Below are positions 61,553 to 64,000 of a stretch of 64,000 bases of DNA, one piece after another. Within the stretch, counting starts at the first letter, position 1; each line of letters starts with the position of its first letter. Source of the stretch: Marsupella aquatica (lineage: Eukaryota > Plantae > Marchantiophyta); the NCBI GenBank assembly GCA_973895155.1, contig OZ316893.1, forward strand, positions 20,216,857 to 20,280,856, in the 5' to 3' direction. A program made the position numbers and the translations under genes. A model generated the notes under the pieces. The model saw only the letters and a program-made list of their open reading frames with translations, made no database searches and had not been told where the DNA came from.

Positions 61553-64000
61553 TATAATCTATGTAATACAGATCATATGCAGACTGTAGGAAAATAAGGT
61601 CAAAATTAATGAGATATCGTGAAGGCTAAAAATACTTGCATGGCAGCAGCCTATAAAGCACCAGAAAGCTAAAAATCACCAAGATGACTAACTATACAGG
61701 CTTGTCAATTAGCCTGACATGGGTGTGTGCAGCCAGAATGTATATAATTGAGGTGGGGAAGCAAGCAAGGTGTGCTTGTTCCACGCTAGGGCTGGCCGAC
61801 GAGGGGAGGTGCATACCAAACATCCTGTCTTTATTCACTGCTCCTGTCTTTCGGAGGTGACCCTGCCGTGTGTGAAGGGCACCACATGAACTTTCCCAGG
61901 ATCATTGGGGGTAGAGACTTGGGAAACATCGAGTGGCATGCATGGGATGATGGAAATTGGAGACCATCAGATCCTTATTCTGTGCAACTTTAATCCATGG
62001 GAAAATTTGGTGTTAGGATGGCTTGCCAAGCAACCCCAGACTGCTTAGTAAGAACAATGTCCATAGCACCCAATAAATTTGAAGGTGTAGATCCTTTCCC
62101 ATGATATTGGGGGTTAGGACTTGAGTGGCATGGGAGGATGGAGATTGTAGACCATTAGAGAATAATTTCATGCACAACTTTGACCTCAGGAAAATTAGTA
62201 TTGGCTTGTTGAGCACCCGTACACTGCTTAGGACACCGTGGCACCTAAGGTGGAGATCCTTTCCCATGATCAGGCTCTACTTGATCAACTTTGTGAAGAA
62301 ACAAATTTGTGGAGGAAAGGACAAAATAAAGAAGCTTGTTGAAAAATTGATATTTGGGTTTAATTTTGTGGTCCTGGTGAATGGCAGGCAATGAGCATAG
62401 ATGCCCCATTGGATAGCATGGAGGCACATAGCATGATCTGGCTTAGCATGGCTACCTTAGTCTATTGAGAAGGAAATCATGTTGTACGGACACTAAAAAA
62501 TTGAGATTAGAATTTTTACCAACATATTATGCCAAAGAGCTCCCTGTACCAGAAACAGTGGTCCAAATTTAATAACCTTGAATTAGACATGCACTATGTC
62601 CAATGTGTAGCCAATATTTTAGCGTCTCAGGTGGATACCATGGTACACCATGTCATGACATGTACAGTCCACCTTGTCTGAGGCATCCATAAGTGCAACA
62701 TGTGGACTCTATAGTAGGTACAGAAGCCATGCACTAGACAACATATACTTACATGTGTGTTTCAGTTCACATGTGAATACATATATTTATCTTTCTTGTA
62801 TTGTGTACATAAGAGACATTTATTGATAAGTGCTGCAGAAATTACACATATTCAGCACTTTTACAAAATTATCCTATTGAATCGTCAATATGATGACTCT
62901 AGGTATGAGGAGTTTCAATGTGTGTTGCTTGATACCACATATAGGGAACTTCTAAGAGATATGGCAAATATATGGTTGATCTCTTAGCAAGAAAGCAATC
63001 AGGTGGCCACAAGGCAGGCACTATTGGCCTCCATGAGGTTCTTGGATTCATTCTGCAGCGCCCTATCCATTGACCCTCGCCCATCATGACTTTAGGGTTC
63101 CTTGAATTAGGGTGAATGTTGGGGCTGGCCATCCACTCCGGACTCTCTGATTTGAGAGCTACCCTCAAGTGACATAGGAGCAAATTCTTCTGGGTTATCT
63201 CCAACAATTCTGGAGGTTGAGGGTAGAGACCATCAATCCAGTTTGAGGGTTAATGAATGAAACCCACCTGTTGTCTCCCTCTGTGGAAATAAACTGCTCT
63301 ACAAAGTACAATTCTAAGATATAATCTTAAGCACAGTCAGGAGCAACAATCACTCCTTTTTGCTTTTGTTGCCCAGACTTATTCCCCAAATCTGGGGAGA
63401 TATATTGGCAAATGGGAATGAAGTGTTGGAGGGTTGGTTCCTAATAGCCCTTCACCTTTCCTGAACACTCCCAACTCCCTCCAACCCTAGTCAAACTCTT
63501 GGTTTAGTATTTGATCCAAATGTTATTGTCTCAAAGCATCCAAAATATAATGGTATTTGACTGTGATTGTTAAGTTCAGAATTACTCCGGAGGGCTTAGG
63601 AGGGTTAGAAAGGGTTTAAGGCGGGACTCATGTCTGGTAAACCCTCATTCTGTATCCAGAGGTCCCGCCATAACATGCAAATTTTGTTACAAAATGGTTG
63701 AACCAGACTGGGAACCAGACAAGCAATATGTCAAGGTATACTTTTGTGTGTACTTTTGCACTCAAATTTGATTTGTGATATCCCCTCCAAGCTTATCATA
63801 CAATTGTAGCTCCAACTAAGCTATACGGTTTTTGGATTGCAATTTATACCCAAACCAACTAAGATGAAGAAATATAAATATGAATTAAGTCATTCACAGC
63901 CCGATTCACAATTATTACTGTATGACAAGTATGTTAGCACAAGTGATCCCTCCAGCATAAAGGCAATATAACATAATGGGTGATCTCCTTAAAAGCAAGC

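Overview
Eukaryotic, intron-containing, TE-rich plant DNA. A CEP131-like centriole/cilia gene points to a lineage with flagellated sperm, probably a bryophyte or liverwort (inference). Host genes are V-ATPase subunit F (16617-19048, +), a degenerate spinster-type MFS transporter with two partial duplicates, a CEP131/AZI1-like coiled-coil gene (~43.5-51.7 kb, +) and an HMGB gene (57522-58834, -). Mobile DNA includes a 10.9-kb CACTA/En-Spm transposon (1720-12628, TTT TSD), a full-length Ty1/copia element (27691-37022) with a nested 2.56-kb solo LTR, two related solo LTRs, two copies of a MITE with 8-bp TSDs, and a Harbinger-type remnant. The main finding is a SET-domain (lysine methyltransferase-like) exon carried inside the transposase transcription unit of the CACTA element. 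The ORF track misses it because a solo LTR sits just before the GEELxxDY motif. Splice phases would let one shared first exon (transposase-associated Cys/His motif) join either the SET exon or the transposase exon. A TnpA-like gene is transcribed divergently, and TCGGA motifs cluster both subterminally and internally. This suggests a transposon-encoded chromatin-modifying module, now inactive in this copy. All family assignments come from manual motif recognition; no database search was run.
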